Origin: Desulfatiglandales bacterium | GTDB taxonomy: Bacteria; Desulfobacterota; DSM-4660; Desulfatiglandales; Desulfatiglandaceae | Reading direction: 5' to 3' | Assembly: GCA_963662465.1 (NCBI GenBank) | Contig: OY759599.1 | Span: 3,008,001 to 3,072,000, forward strand | DNA: 64,000 bases | In this document: positions 1-10,887 of the stretch, one piece after another | Position numbering within the stretch: position 1 is the first letter of the stretch | Layout: each line of letters opens with the position of its first letter | Position numbers and translations under genes: made by a program | The notes under the pieces: generated by a model | The model's database searches: none | What the model saw: the letters and a program-made list of their open reading frames with translations, nothing else | What the model was told of the DNA's origin: nothing

Positions 1-54
1 GTTATCCGATGCACCGACAACCGCAACCGACTTGGGATTAAACAGGGCATGCAT
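1..54 (-). CDS. 5' end of an acetate/acyl-CoA ligase (NDP-forming) family protein, runs off the window
   Basis: Minus strand from ATG at 54 reads MHALFNPKSVAVVGASDN, the typical CoA-binding N-terminus; GGAG RBS upstream. Confidence 0.75.
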   Translation of the reverse strand, partial: MHALFNPKSVAVVGASDN

Positions 55-108
55 AACACAATCTCCTTCCTTCTCCATGAACATTTTTTGTCGGATATTC
101 GATATCTT

Positions 109-170
109 GTAACCGTTCACAGGGTGCAGTTGTCAGCCTCCTGCCCCCTGACAACCGCACCCTGCCCCCT
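109..170. repeat. GTAACCGTTCAC-initiated intergenic element with 7-bp inverted subrepeats (copy 1)
   Basis: GTAACCGTTCACAGGGTGCAGTTGTCAG...CTGACAACCGCACCCTG; related copies at 5493-5594, 7097-7121, 41726-41737, 62331-62355. Confidence 0.75.
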
Positions 171-3146
171 CTAAACAGTTTCCCTGACCCTTGGAAAACT
201 CAGCGTAAACGTACTCCCTCTCATTTCCCAACTCTTCACATGGATGCGCCCACCATCATTTTTCACAATCTCATTGCTGATGCAAAGCCCCAGGCCCGCC
301 CCTTTTCCGGCTTCCCGGGTGGTAAAAAAAGGCTCAAAAATCCTTTCCAACAAATCCCCGGGGATACCGATTCCCGTGTCGGACACGGAAACCTTGACCC
401 GGTTTTGTTCCGTAAAAGATCGGATCGCAATGAGTCGTCCCTTCATCTCCTCATCGGATCCTTTTCCGGCGATAATGGCCTCGCCCGCATTGGAAATCAG
501 GTTGTACATCACCTGTTCCAGTCGGTTGGCGTGACCGAAAATCAGGGGAAGATCCTCGTCCGGATCAAAGGTCGCCCGAATATCATCCAGCGATAATTGC
601 GGCCCGATGATGGCCAGGGTTTTTCGAATCACCTCATTGAGGTTAACCTTTTCTTTTTCAAATCCCCGCTTTTCTTCCAGCTCCGTGAGACGATTGATGA
701 TAACGGCAGCCCGGTCCACCTGCCCGCTGATCTCGGTAGACACCTGCAAAAGATGGTCGTCCGGAACCCTTTCCTTTCGCTGGGCCATCATTTTCAAAAA
801 CTCACTCCCCACTTTGATGGCGTTCAGCGGCTGGTTCAACTCGTGCGCAATGGCGGGAGAAATACCGCCCATGGTGGGCATGAGACGAAGCAGGTCCCAC
901 GCCGTTACCAGTTCCACATGAAGCATGATCGCCGGCAGGATGAACAAAGCCCCCACCAGCGACGCCAGCATGGTGGCCACCATGAGAAGGCCAAAGACCG
1001 CCGTGGGATTAAAATGGGAAAAAATCAGCACGGAAAACCCCATGCTGATGGCCAGGGTGGTGAATATAATCGGCCTTCCCACCCCGCGAATGGTGTCCTG
1101 GAGCGCCCGGTCCTTGTTCAGGTCTTTCTTGAACTCGCGGTTATAGCGAAACAGGTAATGAATGGTATCGTCCACGGCCAGACCGATGGCAATGCAGGCG
1201 ATAAGGCTGGTGGCAACGGAGAGCTCAATCCCCAGCCAACCCATGAGCCCAAAGCTCACCACAATGGGAAAAAGGTTGGGAAGGATGGCCATGACCCCCA
1301 CTTTCACGGAAAGGAACAGGAGCGACATGGCGGCAATGATGAGGACCAGGGTCAGGGAGAGGCTTTTCACCAGCCCCCGGGTCAACAGGCGGCTGCTTTG
1401 TGAAATCACAATCCCGAATCCGGTCACATGGCATTCAAAATCCTCTCCGAAATTCTGTTGAAGATAATCCCCGATCTCCTCCTTCAACGCCAGGAAATCC
1501 CGTGAGCTGGAGATATGGGTCCGAAGCAGGATGTTAGCTTTTTTAAGATCCTCGTCCATAAACCGACTGAACATTGCCTGCCCCAGCATGGTCTTATAAC
1601 TGTTGATCAGCATACGAATTTCAAATGATTCCGATGGGATTACGTAGGCGTCCTTGTTGTATTGACTGGCGCCGTAATTCACCAACTTAAGAAAATCCAC
1701 CAGGGAAATGGTCTTGTCGACCCCTTTCCTGGCGCTCAGGAAATCCTGAATCTCCGCAATCTGCTGGAGATGCCCGGGGTCTTCAAAATAGCCGTCAACC
1801 CTTGAATTCAACACCACGTTAACCGGAAAACTGCCCGCTGTTTGCCGGGAAACGTCTTCAAAATGACGGCTGATGGGCGTATCCTTTTTGAAAAAGCCCA
1901 CGGGATTCGTTTCCACTTTTATCTGGAAAATACCGCAGAGCGCAACGATGGTCACCATGGAAACCGCCGGCAATACCTTTTTCTGGTGACGCAGGTTCAG
2001 TTGCATAATCCAGGCAAGAAAACCGTTGATAACGCCGCGCCCCTGTCGGGAATCCATCTTGGCCTTGCGGGGCATGGAGAGGATTGAAAGTACTGCCGGC
2101 ACCGCGGTCAGCATCATCACGAGCATGCTGAGCAGACCGAAACAGGAGAAAGCGGCAAACTCCCGAATACTGTTGATCTGGTTCAGCATGAGGGAGGCCA
2201 GGCCGATAATGGTGGTGACCACCGCCAGAACCGTTGGAAATCGGACCTGAATAAAACATAAATACACCGCTTCCCTGGAAGAATCCGCGTTCAGGGCCGA
2301 CGATCGATATTCGGAAAAGAGGTACATGCAGTACGCAGTGCCCACCGCAATGAGAAAAATGGGTACAATCATGGTCAGCAGGGAAAGCGGCCTTTGGGTC
2401 CAGGCCATCATGCCGAAAGTCCAGATCAATGCGGACAGGACGGCGCCGGTGGGGATCAATACGGATCTGACATCCCGAAACAGGCATAGGAGAACAATGG
2501 CCATCACCACGAAGGTGATGGGCGGCAGTTGCAGAAAATCCCTTTCGGTATAGGCGGCAAGGGCCTGGGAAACCAGCGGCATGCCGATCTGGTAAAGGGA
2601 AAGACCTTCATTCTCTTTTTGAAGTATTTTCTCAATGGCATCGATAATCGGCGCTTTATCGGATACGTCTTCCAGAATAACCGAAAAAATGGTGGTCTTT
2701 TGGTCTTCCGAGAGAAAATTCCGTTCGAAGAGTTCGATGGGAACGATGATTTCCTTGAATTCATCCAGGGACCATCGGGAAGTAAGATCCATATCCCGTT
2801 TGATTCCCGGAAGGCTCAGAACCTTTGTCACCCCTGGAATTTTTGAGATCTCGCCGGCAATGACGGCCAATCGCTGAAAGGTTTCCGGCGCAAAGACATT
2901 CTCGGCCTTTGCCGCCACGAGGATCATTTCCTCGCTGCCGAACATCTTTTTAAATTCGCGATAATAGATACTTTCCGGCAGGTCCCGGATGGCCAGATCA
3001 TAAATGGATGTCTGAAAACGAAGGTTCGGCAGCTTCGCAGCGAAAAGCAGGGTCGCCAAAACGATCAGGATCAATACCGGAACAGGATGTCGGATCACGA
3101 ATCGAAGTCGCCGGCCGGAATTCAATGTGCGAAATATGCCTGCCAT
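171..3146 (-). CDS. MMPL/RND-family transporter fused to a C-terminal histidine kinase (HisKA + HATPase)
   Basis: About 750 aa with two TM blocks and the MMPL motif GLAVDDTIH, then H-box AHELNQPL, N-box NLISNA, G1 DTGIGI, F-box FEPFFTT, G2 GKGAGLGL. Confidence 0.85.
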   Translation of the reverse strand: MAGIFRTLNSGRRLRFVIRHPVPVLILIVLATLLFAAKLPNLRFQTSIYDLAIRDLPESIYYREFKKMFGSEEMILVAAKAENVFAPETFQRLAVIAGEISKIPGVTKVLSLPGIKRDMDLTSRWSLDEFKEIIVPIELFERNFLSEDQKTTIFSVILEDVSDKAPIIDAIEKILQKENEGLSLYQIGMPLVSQALAAYTERDFLQLPPITFVVMAIVLLCLFRDVRSVLIPTGAVLSALIWTFGMMAWTQRPLSLLTMIVPIFLIAVGTAYCMYLFSEYRSSALNADSSREAVYLCFIQVRFPTVLAVVTTIIGLASLMLNQINSIREFAAFSCFGLLSMLVMMLTAVPAVLSILSMPRKAKMDSRQGRGVINGFLAWIMQLNLRHQKKVLPAVSMVTIVALCGIFQIKVETNPVGFFKKDTPISRHFEDVSRQTAGSFPVNVVLNSRVDGYFEDPGHLQQIAEIQDFLSARKGVDKTISLVDFLKLVNYGASQYNKDAYVIPSESFEIRMLINSYKTMLGQAMFSRFMDEDLKKANILLRTHISSSRDFLALKEEIGDYLQQNFGEDFECHVTGFGIVISQSSRLLTRGLVKSLSLTLVLIIAAMSLLFLSVKVGVMAILPNLFPIVVSFGLMGWLGIELSVATSLIACIAIGLAVDDTIHYLFRYNREFKKDLNKDRALQDTIRGVGRPIIFTTLAISMGFSVLIFSHFNPTAVFGLLMVATMLASLVGALFILPAIMLHVELVTAWDLLRLMPTMGGISPAIAHELNQPLNAIKVGSEFLKMMAQRKERVPDDHLLQVSTEISGQVDRAAVIINRLTELEEKRGFEKEKVNLNEVIRKTLAIIGPQLSLDDIRATFDPDEDLPLIFGHANRLEQVMYNLISNAGEAIIAGKGSDEEMKGRLIAIRSFTEQNRVKVSVSDTGIGIPGDLLERIFEPFFTTREAGKGAGLGLCISNEIVKNDGGRIHVKSWEMRGSTFTLSFPRVRETV

Positions 3147-3161
3147 GGAAGTCCTTGTGGA

Positions 3162-3557
3162 TTAAGAGCCTTCATCACGCCCGGGTCCATTGCGCAGTAT
3201 TTCTTCGGCTCGGGTCAAAGCCGCATCAAGCGCTTCTTTCTGAACGGGCTTATGAATAAAATCCGTCGCCTTAAGATCCAATGCCTTTCCGGCCAGCTCC
3301 TTGTCCCCATGGCCCGTAATCACAATGACCACGGCGTCGGGGGAAAATATTTTGATCCGCTTTAAAACTTCAAAGCCGTCCATACCCGGCATTTTGATAT
3401 CCGTAAACACAATGCCGGGCTTTTCCTTTTCAAATACCCGTATCCCTTCTTCGCCGTTTTCGGCCGTCAAAACCTCGAAGCCATAGGCCTCCAGAAAAAG
3501 CCGAAACATGGCCAGGGTAGGTTTTTCATCATCAATAATCAAGACCTTCCGCATCAA
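3162..3557 (-). CDS. Single-domain response regulator
   Basis: IIDDE...DIKMPGMDG...ITGHG...KP receiver motifs; 4-nt overlap with upstream kinase. Confidence 0.92.
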   Translation of the reverse strand: MMRKVLIIDDEKPTLAMFRLFLEAYGFEVLTAENGEEGIRVFEKEKPGIVFTDIKMPGMDGFEVLKRIKIFSPDAVVIVITGHGDKELAGKALDLKATDFIHKPVQKEALDAALTRAEEILRNGPGRDEGS

Positions 3558-5476
3558 TTTCTCCTTAATGAATCCATCTGCGGCAATCGCACGACAAACG
3601 TGGTTCCGATCCCCGTTCCACTGTGTACACGAATATCGCCCCCATGCTCCACAACAATTTCATAAACGATCGCCAGTCCCAGGCCCATCCCCTTTCCCAC
3701 TTCCTTGGTGGTGAAAAAGGGCTCAAAAATCTTATCGCGGGCATCTTTTGATATCCCCGAACCGGTATCCGAAATAGCTATAACGATCTGGCCATTTTTT
3801 GAAAATGACCGAATGCCGATTCTGCCGCAAACCCTCTCGCCAATAGTTTCGCACTTTTGAACAATGGCGTCGCGCGCATTGGTCAGCAGGTTGAAAATCA
3901 CCTGTTCCAGGCGATTTTTGTGGGCCAGGACCGAAGGAATGTTTTTGCCTGGAAGAAACCTGAGATCAACATCCTGAAGCTTCAATTGCGGACCGATAAG
4001 CTTTACAACATTTTCAATAGGGCTGTTGATGGAGACCTCCTCCCTGCTGAAATCCGCTTTCCTGGCAAATTCCCGCAAACGGGTAATAATCTCGGATGCC
4101 CGGTCCACTTGGTCGCTCACCTGTCCTGCTACCTGGGCCAAGTCTTTCGTTGGAATCGCCCTGCCCTGTTCCACCATCAGGGTCAAAAAATCGCTCCCCA
4201 TTTTAATGGCATTCAACGGCTGATTGAGTTCGTGGGCAATGCCCGCGGACATTTCTCCCAGACTTTTCATTTTGCCGGCCTGAATCAACTGCGCGTCCTT
4301 TTCCATGATTTCAGTAATATCACTGGTGGCCAGAACGATCACGTCCCGGCCCTGATAAAGGCCCGGACAGGCCCGCACATTCACGTAGAAGGGCCGGCGT
4401 CCTTTCCGGTAATGCCGCGCCCTCGAACTCACCACGCAGACGCTGGCCATGGCCTTTTCCCCAAGGGTCTCGCTATTCCAGTCCCCATATTCAAAAACGC
4501 CCAGATCGCTGAAAGATCGACCGATCAGATCCTCCCTGGCGTACCCGTAGGTTTCAGCCGCGGCCAAATTGGCATCCAGAATCTCAAACCCCTTCCGGGC
4601 CACCACAAAAACGGGATTGGGGCCGCTGTCAAAAAGGGAACGGTATTTCTGCTCGCTTTCCTTGAGCTGCTCCCTGCCTGCCCTGAGAGATGCGGTCATA
4701 TGGTTAAAGGCGCCTGCCAGTTGCTCTATTTCATCGCCCCAATGGTTTTTGTAGACGTCGCTCTCACTGCCTGAAGCGGGTTCCGTCTCCAGATTGCCCA
4801 GACTGATCTCGTTGGCCCGTCGAATCAGTTCCCCCATGGGCCGGGTGATGTATCCGGAAAGCCAGTGGGCAATACCGAAAAAAATGAGAATAATAACGGA
4901 GATGAAGCCCAAGAATGTTATTCGAAGCCGACCTACAATTTCATCAATATACCCTTTGCTCAACCCTACATGGACGGCGCCGATTTGTGAAGCGCCCTCT
5001 TTCAAGGGAAACGTGATATCATAAGCGGATTCTTTGCCGAAAGAAAGCCGTTCGATACGGTGGGACCGTCCGGGACCGACCCGCTTGACCTGAAGCAACG
5101 CTTCGGGAAAACCACCGTCAAAGGTATGGGCCAGTACCTCTCCATCCTGGTCCAGAACGAACATGTAGGAAATCAGCGACTCCCGATTTCCAAGTCGGGA
5201 GGCATCAAAGAGCAATCGGTTTAAGGCATCCCTGTTCACTTTCAGGACATGGGCCTTGCTCTCCTCGGCAACGCTTTGTGCAATACCCACTCCCCGCTGC
5301 TCCATTCGCGTGATCAGGCTCGAAACCAGCACCCATCGCGCCACCAGAGCAATGCCGACACTGATCAGGAGAATCACGGCCACGGAGGCAAAAAATATTT
5401 TGTTTTTGTGGCTCAGCCGACGCAAAGATCCGAGGGACATCACAATGCCGCTGATGGCGTCCTTCATGATTTTCAT
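3554..5476 (-). CDS. Membrane sensor histidine kinase (2 TM, HAMP, PAS, HisKA, HATPase)
   Basis: [21 protein letters not shown]-box [16 protein letters not shown]. Confidence 0.92.
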   Translation of the reverse strand: MKIMKDAISGIVMSLGSLRRLSHKNKIFFASVAVILLISVGIALVARWVLVSSLITRMEQRGVGIAQSVAEESKAHVLKVNRDALNRLLFDASRLGNRESLISYMFVLDQDGEVLAHTFDGGFPEALLQVKRVGPGRSHRIERLSFGKESAYDITFPLKEGASQIGAVHVGLSKGYIDEIVGRLRITFLGFISVIILIFFGIAHWLSGYITRPMGELIRRANEISLGNLETEPASGSESDVYKNHWGDEIEQLAGAFNHMTASLRAGREQLKESEQKYRSLFDSGPNPVFVVARKGFEILDANLAAAETYGYAREDLIGRSFSDLGVFEYGDWNSETLGEKAMASVCVVSSRARHYRKGRRPFYVNVRACPGLYQGRDVIVLATSDITEIMEKDAQLIQAGKMKSLGEMSAGIAHELNQPLNAIKMGSDFLTLMVEQGRAIPTKDLAQVAGQVSDQVDRASEIITRLREFARKADFSREEVSINSPIENVVKLIGPQLKLQDVDLRFLPGKNIPSVLAHKNRLEQVIFNLLTNARDAIVQKCETIGERVCGRIGIRSFSKNGQIVIAISDTGSGISKDARDKIFEPFFTTKEVGKGMGLGLAIVYEIVVEHGGDIRVHSGTGIGTTFVVRLPQMDSLRRN

Positions 5477-5492
5477 ATGGGGATATCCTTAA

Positions 5493-5594
5493 GCAATCGT
5501 TCACAGGGTTCAGTTGTCAGGGGGCAGTTGTCAGGGTGCAGAAAAATCAGCTTCGAATTTTGTCCTGCCCCCTGACAACTGCCCCCTGCCCCCT
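5493..5594. repeat. GTAACCGTTCAC-type element with 7-bp inverted subrepeats (copy 2)
   Basis: GCAATCGTTCACAGGGTTCAGTTGTCAGGGGGCAG...CTGCCCCCTGACAACTGCCCCCTG. Confidence 0.75.
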
Positions 5595-5676
5595 ATAAAA
5601 TATACATAACGCTTCAAATTCAGGAGCAAAAAAGACATCTCTGGCGATAGAGAAAACCGGAAGAAGTACCTGTGAA

Positions 5677-6972
5677 TTATCCCCCGGAAGAGCCAATGAT
5701 TTGCATGGTCAGGACCTGCGTCGCAGCGCTGTCGATGCCGCCCACAGCGACGATATTCTGATCCCGCTGAATGGCCGCGGCTTCAGCCCAGTCATCTCCC
5801 TGCCCCAGGTTGAAGCTTGCCACACCGCCGTTACCGAAATCCTCATCCGCAACGCCATCGGCATCGTATCGCAAAACAAGGGCATCATAATCCGTGCCGT
5901 TGTAGGTATTGCCGGCCACGACAATCTCATCCCCCTGCTGAAGACACAGCCTTCGACCATTGTCGTTTCCAGTGCCGCCGTCATAAATCACCACCCCGTC
6001 CGTGCCAAACCCTGAATCCAGTGACCCGTCTGAATTGTATCTGAGAAGGACCACATCCAGATCACTCCCGTTGCTGTTGCTGCCCGACACAACGATTTTT
6101 CCATCTGACTGAATGACGATCCCCCGTGCGCCGGCATTTCCGTGCCCTCCGTCATATCGGACGATTCCGGCCGTGCCGAATGAATTGTCGAGGATGCCGG
6201 CGGCATCGTATCTTGCAGTCAGGAGTTCAAAGCCTTCATCCGTGCTGGTGTAGCCCGTCACAACCATTTTTCCATCCGACTGAATGGCCAGGTCGCGAAA
6301 TCCGTCGTTCCCCTTTCCACCTTCATAGGAGACAACCCCATTAAGCCCGAATGAATCGTCCAGGGAACCATCCTTTTCATATCTCAGGACCATAGCGATG
6401 GATGTTCCATCCCCCGTGCTTCTCGCCGTCACAAGGATACTGCCGTCCCCTTGAACCGCGATGGCCCGACCATAGTCATCCCTGCCGGCATTATCGTAAA
6501 GGACAATGCCGTCCGTGCCGAAAAATGGGTCCAAAGTTCCATTCGCATTCAAGCGCATGAGCAGCATGTCCACATCATTGCCGTTATGGGCATATCCCGT
6601 CAGGGTAATTTTGCCGTCCGAATCCACGACAACCAAACGCCCGCAGTCGTTTCCGTTGCCGCTGTCATAAATGAAAACCCCGTCTGTCCCGAAGGTGGTG
6701 TCCAGGGTCCCATCCGGGTTGTATCGCAAAACGCCTACATCCGAGTCCGTACCGTTCAATATTCCCGTTGAAACCAAAATCTTATGGTCCATTTGAATGG
6801 CCGTTCCCACATAGGAATCCTTGTTCCAGACCCCGTAGAGCGCATATCCGTCCGGAGCATTGAAGGTCGCATCCAGATCGCCCTGCTGCTTCCCGGTGGG
6901 ATTTGGATTGGATGAGGATGAACTGCAGGCGGACAAAACACAGAAAAAAATACAGAACAGCAGTCTCTTCAT
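5677..6972 (-). CDS. Delta-60 repeat lipoprotein (predicted beta-propeller)
   Basis: Lipobox LSAC; about seven repeats of AIQxDGKIVVxG...RYNxDGxLDxxFGxxG. Confidence 0.85.
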   Translation of the reverse strand: MKRLLFCIFFCVLSACSSSSSNPNPTGKQQGDLDATFNAPDGYALYGVWNKDSYVGTAIQMDHKILVSTGILNGTDSDVGVLRYNPDGTLDTTFGTDGVFIYDSGNGNDCGRLVVVDSDGKITLTGYAHNGNDVDMLLMRLNANGTLDPFFGTDGIVLYDNAGRDDYGRAIAVQGDGSILVTARSTGDGTSIAMVLRYEKDGSLDDSFGLNGVVSYEGGKGNDGFRDLAIQSDGKMVVTGYTSTDEGFELLTARYDAAGILDNSFGTAGIVRYDGGHGNAGARGIVIQSDGKIVVSGSNSNGSDLDVVLLRYNSDGSLDSGFGTDGVVIYDGGTGNDNGRRLCLQQGDEIVVAGNTYNGTDYDALVLRYDADGVADEDFGNGGVASFNLGQGDDWAEAAAIQRDQNIVAVGGIDSAATQVLTMQIIGSSGG

Positions 6973-7121
6973 TATGACATCTCCTTCTAAAAATTAAGTG
7001 TTTCAAAGTCCTTAAACCTTTATTTTCGAATATAGTCCATAAGAAAAGCGGGAGCAAGGGAAAGGAGGAGTAGAATGTAAAAAGTCATATTGTCCTCTGC
7101 CTGCCCCCTGTGAACGGTTAC

Positions 7122-7357
7122 GAAATCTCAAAGGAGATCTCGAACAGGGTCCACAGGGGGGTAACCATGATTAAAGGCAAGGGGGGGGGGGGGGGTATTC
7201 GGGCCGGGACATTCAGGTCCTGTACACGGTCATTGCCTTCCAGGAACTGCCGCGCCTGAAAAGGATTGCCCGGGATATTGACCCCAATGTCTTTATGGTG
7301 GTCACGGACACCCTGGAAGTCATGGACATCCGCATCGGGAATCAGCCCCACTGGTGA
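7122..7357 (+). pseudogene. C-terminal remnant of a YitT/DUF2179 protein, frameshifted at a G15 tract
   Basis: EISKEISNRVHRGVTMIKGK / G15 at 7181-7195 / YSGRDIQVLYTVIAFQELPRLKRIARDIDPNVFMVVTDTLEVMDIRIGNQPHW-stop; no 5' part. Confidence 0.75.
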
Positions 7358-7358
7358 T

Positions 7359-8276
7359 TTATGCCACATCGGATTTATTCAAATCACGAATTTCATAAAC
7401 CTCTTCCTCCTTCAACGCCTCAAATCCCGAAATAATATCCAGAAGCTCACTGGTGATCGCTGCCTGGCGCTGCTCCCGGAAGAGGGCCTGCAAGTCATCC
7501 TGAAGCTCCAGAATGTTTTTTTCGGCGGCCTGCATGGCCATAAGCCTGGCCGCGTTCTCACCGGCCAGAGACTGGGCGAAGGCCCTGTAAAAGGAGATAA
7601 AGAGATACTGCCGAAAGAGGTGGGCAAACATGGTTTCCCGGTTGGATCCCAGCATGGGCAGGCAGCGGTTGGGCCATGGGGCGCCGCCATAATCTTTGGC
7701 CCAGGAGGCGTCCAGGGGCAGAAGCCGTTGAAACACCGGCACGTACCCGCCCTGCTCCCCCAACACATGGTGGCACAGATAGAGGGTCTCCAGTTTTTTG
7801 GCGGACCGCCATTCCTCCACCTTCCCAATGGCCTCCTGAACCCTTTCGGTAACGGCATTCAAACTTCCCGGCGCCGGAAAATGAACAGGGTTGGGAACAC
7901 CCGCGTCCTCCAGCATACCGTGAACTTTTTCCCCCAGGCTCCAGTAATCCCAGTTCCGCCCCTGAACCGCCCGCTCCTTTATCTGTTCCTGCAGAAAGGG
8001 CCAAAGGGACTCGTTGAACTGGCCGCACATGCCCTGGTCGCTTCCCACCACGAGGCAGACATCCCCCTGGTTCCGGGACGGGGAAAGTGTGGGACGGCCC
8101 ATTCTCAGAAAAACCGACCACCCCATGTCCACCACGGCCCGGTATTGTTCCAGGGATTCCACGGCCCGTTCAAACTGCCGAATGTTCACCGCGGCCAGGC
8201 TTTTCATGGTCTTGACCACTCCCAGCAGGTCCTTTGCGGTCTTGATCTTTCGGTTCAGGGATTCCAGCGTCTGCAT
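7359..8276 (-). CDS. atpG: N-ATPase gamma subunit
   Basis: [41 protein letters not shown]. Confidence 0.95.
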   Translation of the reverse strand: MQTLESLNRKIKTAKDLLGVVKTMKSLAAVNIRQFERAVESLEQYRAVVDMGWSVFLRMGRPTLSPSRNQGDVCLVVGSDQGMCGQFNESLWPFLQEQIKERAVQGRNWDYWSLGEKVHGMLEDAGVPNPVHFPAPGSLNAVTERVQEAIGKVEEWRSAKKLETLYLCHHVLGEQGGYVPVFQRLLPLDASWAKDYGGAPWPNRCLPMLGSNRETMFAHLFRQYLFISFYRAFAQSLAGENAARLMAMQAAEKNILELQDDLQALFREQRQAAITSELLDIISGFEALKEEEVYEIRDLNKSDVA

Positions 8277-9822
8277 GGTCTTCCTTCATCAGCTTGAAGG
8301 GGGCCAGCACCCCCTCCATAAGCGTGGTCAACTGTTTCCATAAAGGATCATCTTTTTCAGCGCGCAAAACGGCGTTTTCAAGGTCCGGGATCTCGGCTTT
8401 CACTTTTTCAAGGACAGCCGCCTCCGCCTCCACCACTTTTTCAACGGGAACCTCGTCCATGAGCCCGCGCGCCACCGCCAGCAACACCGCGATCTGCTCG
8501 CCGGAGGCAAGGGTTGAAAGCTCTCGCTGCTTTAGGGCCTCCCGAACCCGTCGGCCGTGTTCCAGCGTTTTCCGGGTCCGATCGTCCAGCCGGGTGCCGA
8601 ACCGGGCAAAGGCTTCCAGTTCCTGGAACTGGGTGTAGGAGAGCCGCAAATCCCCCGCCACCTGCCGATAGGCGGAAATCTGGGCCTTGCCCCCCACCCG
8701 GGATACGGATTTACCCACATCCACCGCCGGCAGCACGCCTTTCTGAAAAAGGTCCGGGGACAAATAGATCTGGCCATCCGTAATGGAGATGAGGTTGGTG
8801 GGAATATAGGCGGAGATGTTCTGGGCCTCGGTCTCGGCGATGGGGAGCGCCGTGAGGGATCCACCCCCCCGCTCTTCCTTGAGATGGGTGGAACGTTCCA
8901 GAAGCCTGGAATGGACATAAAAAATGTCCCCGGGAAAGGCTTCACGGCCCGGGGGACGTCTAAGCAGGAGGCTCAACTGCCGGTAGGCCAGGGCATGACG
9001 GGTCAGGTCATCGTAAACGATAAGCACGTCTTTGCCCTGTTCCATGAAATATTCACCCATGGTGGTGGCAGCGTAGGGAGCAATAAACTGAAGGCCGGGC
9101 GGATCATCCCCTTCCACCACCACCACCACGCTGTAGCCAATGGCCCCCTGTCGTTCCAGCTCGGCCACCACCTTGGCAATGCCGGAACTGCGCTGGCCGA
9201 TGGCACAATAGATACAGAGGACATCCTTCTGGTTGACCATGGCATCCAGGGCCACGGCGGTTTTGCCCGTCTGTCGATCCCCCAGAATCAACTCCCGCTG
9301 CCCCCGACCGATGGGAATAAGGGCGTCCACCACCTTGAGCCCGGTCTGAAGGGGCTTCACCACCGGCGCCCGATCCAAAATCCGTGGGGCTTCCCGCAGT
9401 ACCATCCAGCGCTCCCGCGCTTCAGGAATCCCCTTGCCGTCCAGGGGCCGGCCCAGGGGGTCCACCACCCTGCCGATCAATTGATCCCCCACGGGCACGT
9501 CCAGAACCCTGCCACTGCGCAGCACCTGGTCTCCGGCACTCACCGCTTCGGTGGAACCAAACAGGATGATCCCCACGCGATCGGGCAGAAGATCCAGAAC
9601 CATGCCCGAAATATCAGGCCCCACCGTCACCAGCTCTTCCGATTGGACCTGTCCCAGACCATCGGCCCAGACAATCCCCTGGTCCACTGATTTGACCCGA
9701 CCCACTTCCTGCTGTTTAAGGGTTGGAGAAAAATCTGAAATCCCCTGTTGAACGGCCCGGTCAACAGACTCCAGCACATCCTGAAGCCCGCTTTTTTCCG
9801 ATGTTTCAATTCCTTCGGTCAT
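8170..9822 (-). CDS. atpA: N-ATPase alpha subunit
   Basis: [28 protein letters not shown]; start 9822 overlaps atpF stop (ATGA). Confidence 0.95.
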   Translation of the reverse strand: MTEGIETSEKSGLQDVLESVDRAVQQGISDFSPTLKQQEVGRVKSVDQGIVWADGLGQVQSEELVTVGPDISGMVLDLLPDRVGIILFGSTEAVSAGDQVLRSGRVLDVPVGDQLIGRVVDPLGRPLDGKGIPEARERWMVLREAPRILDRAPVVKPLQTGLKVVDALIPIGRGQRELILGDRQTGKTAVALDAMVNQKDVLCIYCAIGQRSSGIAKVVAELERQGAIGYSVVVVVEGDDPPGLQFIAPYAATTMGEYFMEQGKDVLIVYDDLTRHALAYRQLSLLLRRPPGREAFPGDIFYVHSRLLERSTHLKEERGGGSLTALPIAETEAQNISAYIPTNLISITDGQIYLSPDLFQKGVLPAVDVGKSVSRVGGKAQISAYRQVAGDLRLSYTQFQELEAFARFGTRLDDRTRKTLEHGRRVREALKQRELSTLASGEQIAVLLAVARGLMDEVPVEKVVEAEAAVLEKVKAEIPDLENAVLRAEKDDPLWKQLTTLMEGVLAPFKLMKEDHADAGIPEPKDQDRKGPAGSGQDHEKPGRGEHSAV

Positions 9823-10574
9823 GATTTCACCAAAGCGTCTTTGAACAGGTTTTCCATGATTTCCTTTTCCAGGTCCTGAAGATAGTCGGCCAGGTGCCAT
9901 GCCACCTTGCGGTCTCCGGCCACCACTTGAATGCCGAAACCCAGTTCCGGCGCCGGTTCTATTTGTATGCGGTTTTCACCCGGAAACCATTGGCTGAGAC
10001 GCTCTTTAAGGGTCTTTGCGTCATCCGCTTCAAGGGGAATGCCGGACTGAACCACCACGCCCCCTTTCACCGCATTCCGGGTCAATTCGTCCCTGACATG
10101 GGAGACCTTTTCAAGAAATACCCGGCACACCTGGCGATTCAAGTCCTGATCCGCCAGATCCCGAATGACCTTTCCACCAATGTGCATGACCTGTTCCACC
10201 ATGCGCTGTCTGAGTCCGTCCAGGAAGGCCCGCCGGTCCCGCGTCATGTTGGCCAGCCAGGCGCCCTGAAGGGTTTCCACTTCGTTCCTGGCGCCCTTGA
10301 GCGTCTCCTCACGCCATTTGGCCACCTGATCCCGGGCTTCCAGCATCAGCCCGTCACGGGCGTTTGCAAGGTCCGCTCTCTCCTTTTCGAGGGCCGAAGC
10401 CCTTTCCTCCGCCTTCTGTTCGGCCTGTTCAGCCCGGTTCAACGCCTGGGCAATGGTCTTTTCCCGCTCCGCAATGGCCCGAAGGATCGGTTTAAATAAA
10501 AACCGCTTCAGGAGCCAGATCAGAATCAGGAAATTAACGATCTGGGCCAGGACCGTGAACCAATTGATCAGCAC
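9819..10574 (-). CDS. atpF: N-ATPase b subunit (long form with delta-like C-terminus)
   Basis: [30 protein letters not shown], coiled coil, extended C-terminus; no separate atpH in operon. Confidence 0.92.
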   Translation of the reverse strand: MLINWFTVLAQIVNFLILIWLLKRFLFKPILRAIAEREKTIAQALNRAEQAEQKAEERASALEKERADLANARDGLMLEARDQVAKWREETLKGARNEVETLQGAWLANMTRDRRAFLDGLRQRMVEQVMHIGGKVIRDLADQDLNRQVCRVFLEKVSHVRDELTRNAVKGGVVVQSGIPLEADDAKTLKERLSQWFPGENRIQIEPAPELGFGIQVVAGDRKVAWHLADYLQDLEKEIMENLFKDALVKS

Positions 10575-10577
10575 AAC

Positions 10578-10856
10578 TTATCCCCCTGCCTTGGTCAGGA
10601 AGTATTTCCAGAAAGGGTTGGCGAAAATGAGAATCATGGACACCACAAAACAGTAGATGGCCGTTGATTCCACCATGGCCATGCCTACGAAGAGGGTTCG
10701 GGTGATGGTGTTGGTCTCATCCGGCTGCTGGGCAATGGAACTGAGCGCCTGGGCCAGTGCCCGCCCCTCGCCCAGGGCAGGCCCCACGGCGCCGATGCCC
10801 ATGCCGATGCCCGCCGCCAGAATTGACGCCACCGCGATCCAACCTAATGCATCCAT
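10578..10856 (-). CDS. atpE: N-ATPase c subunit with Na+-binding signature
   Basis: PALGEG in helix 1, QQP loop, ESTAIY in helix 2. Confidence 0.95.
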   Translation of the reverse strand: MDALGWIAVASILAAGIGMGIGAVGPALGEGRALAQALSSIAQQPDETNTITRTLFVGMAMVESTAIYCFVVSMILIFANPFWKYFLTKAGG

Positions 10857-10887
10857 CGTGTGTCTCCTTTATGGTTGTTTATTGAAA

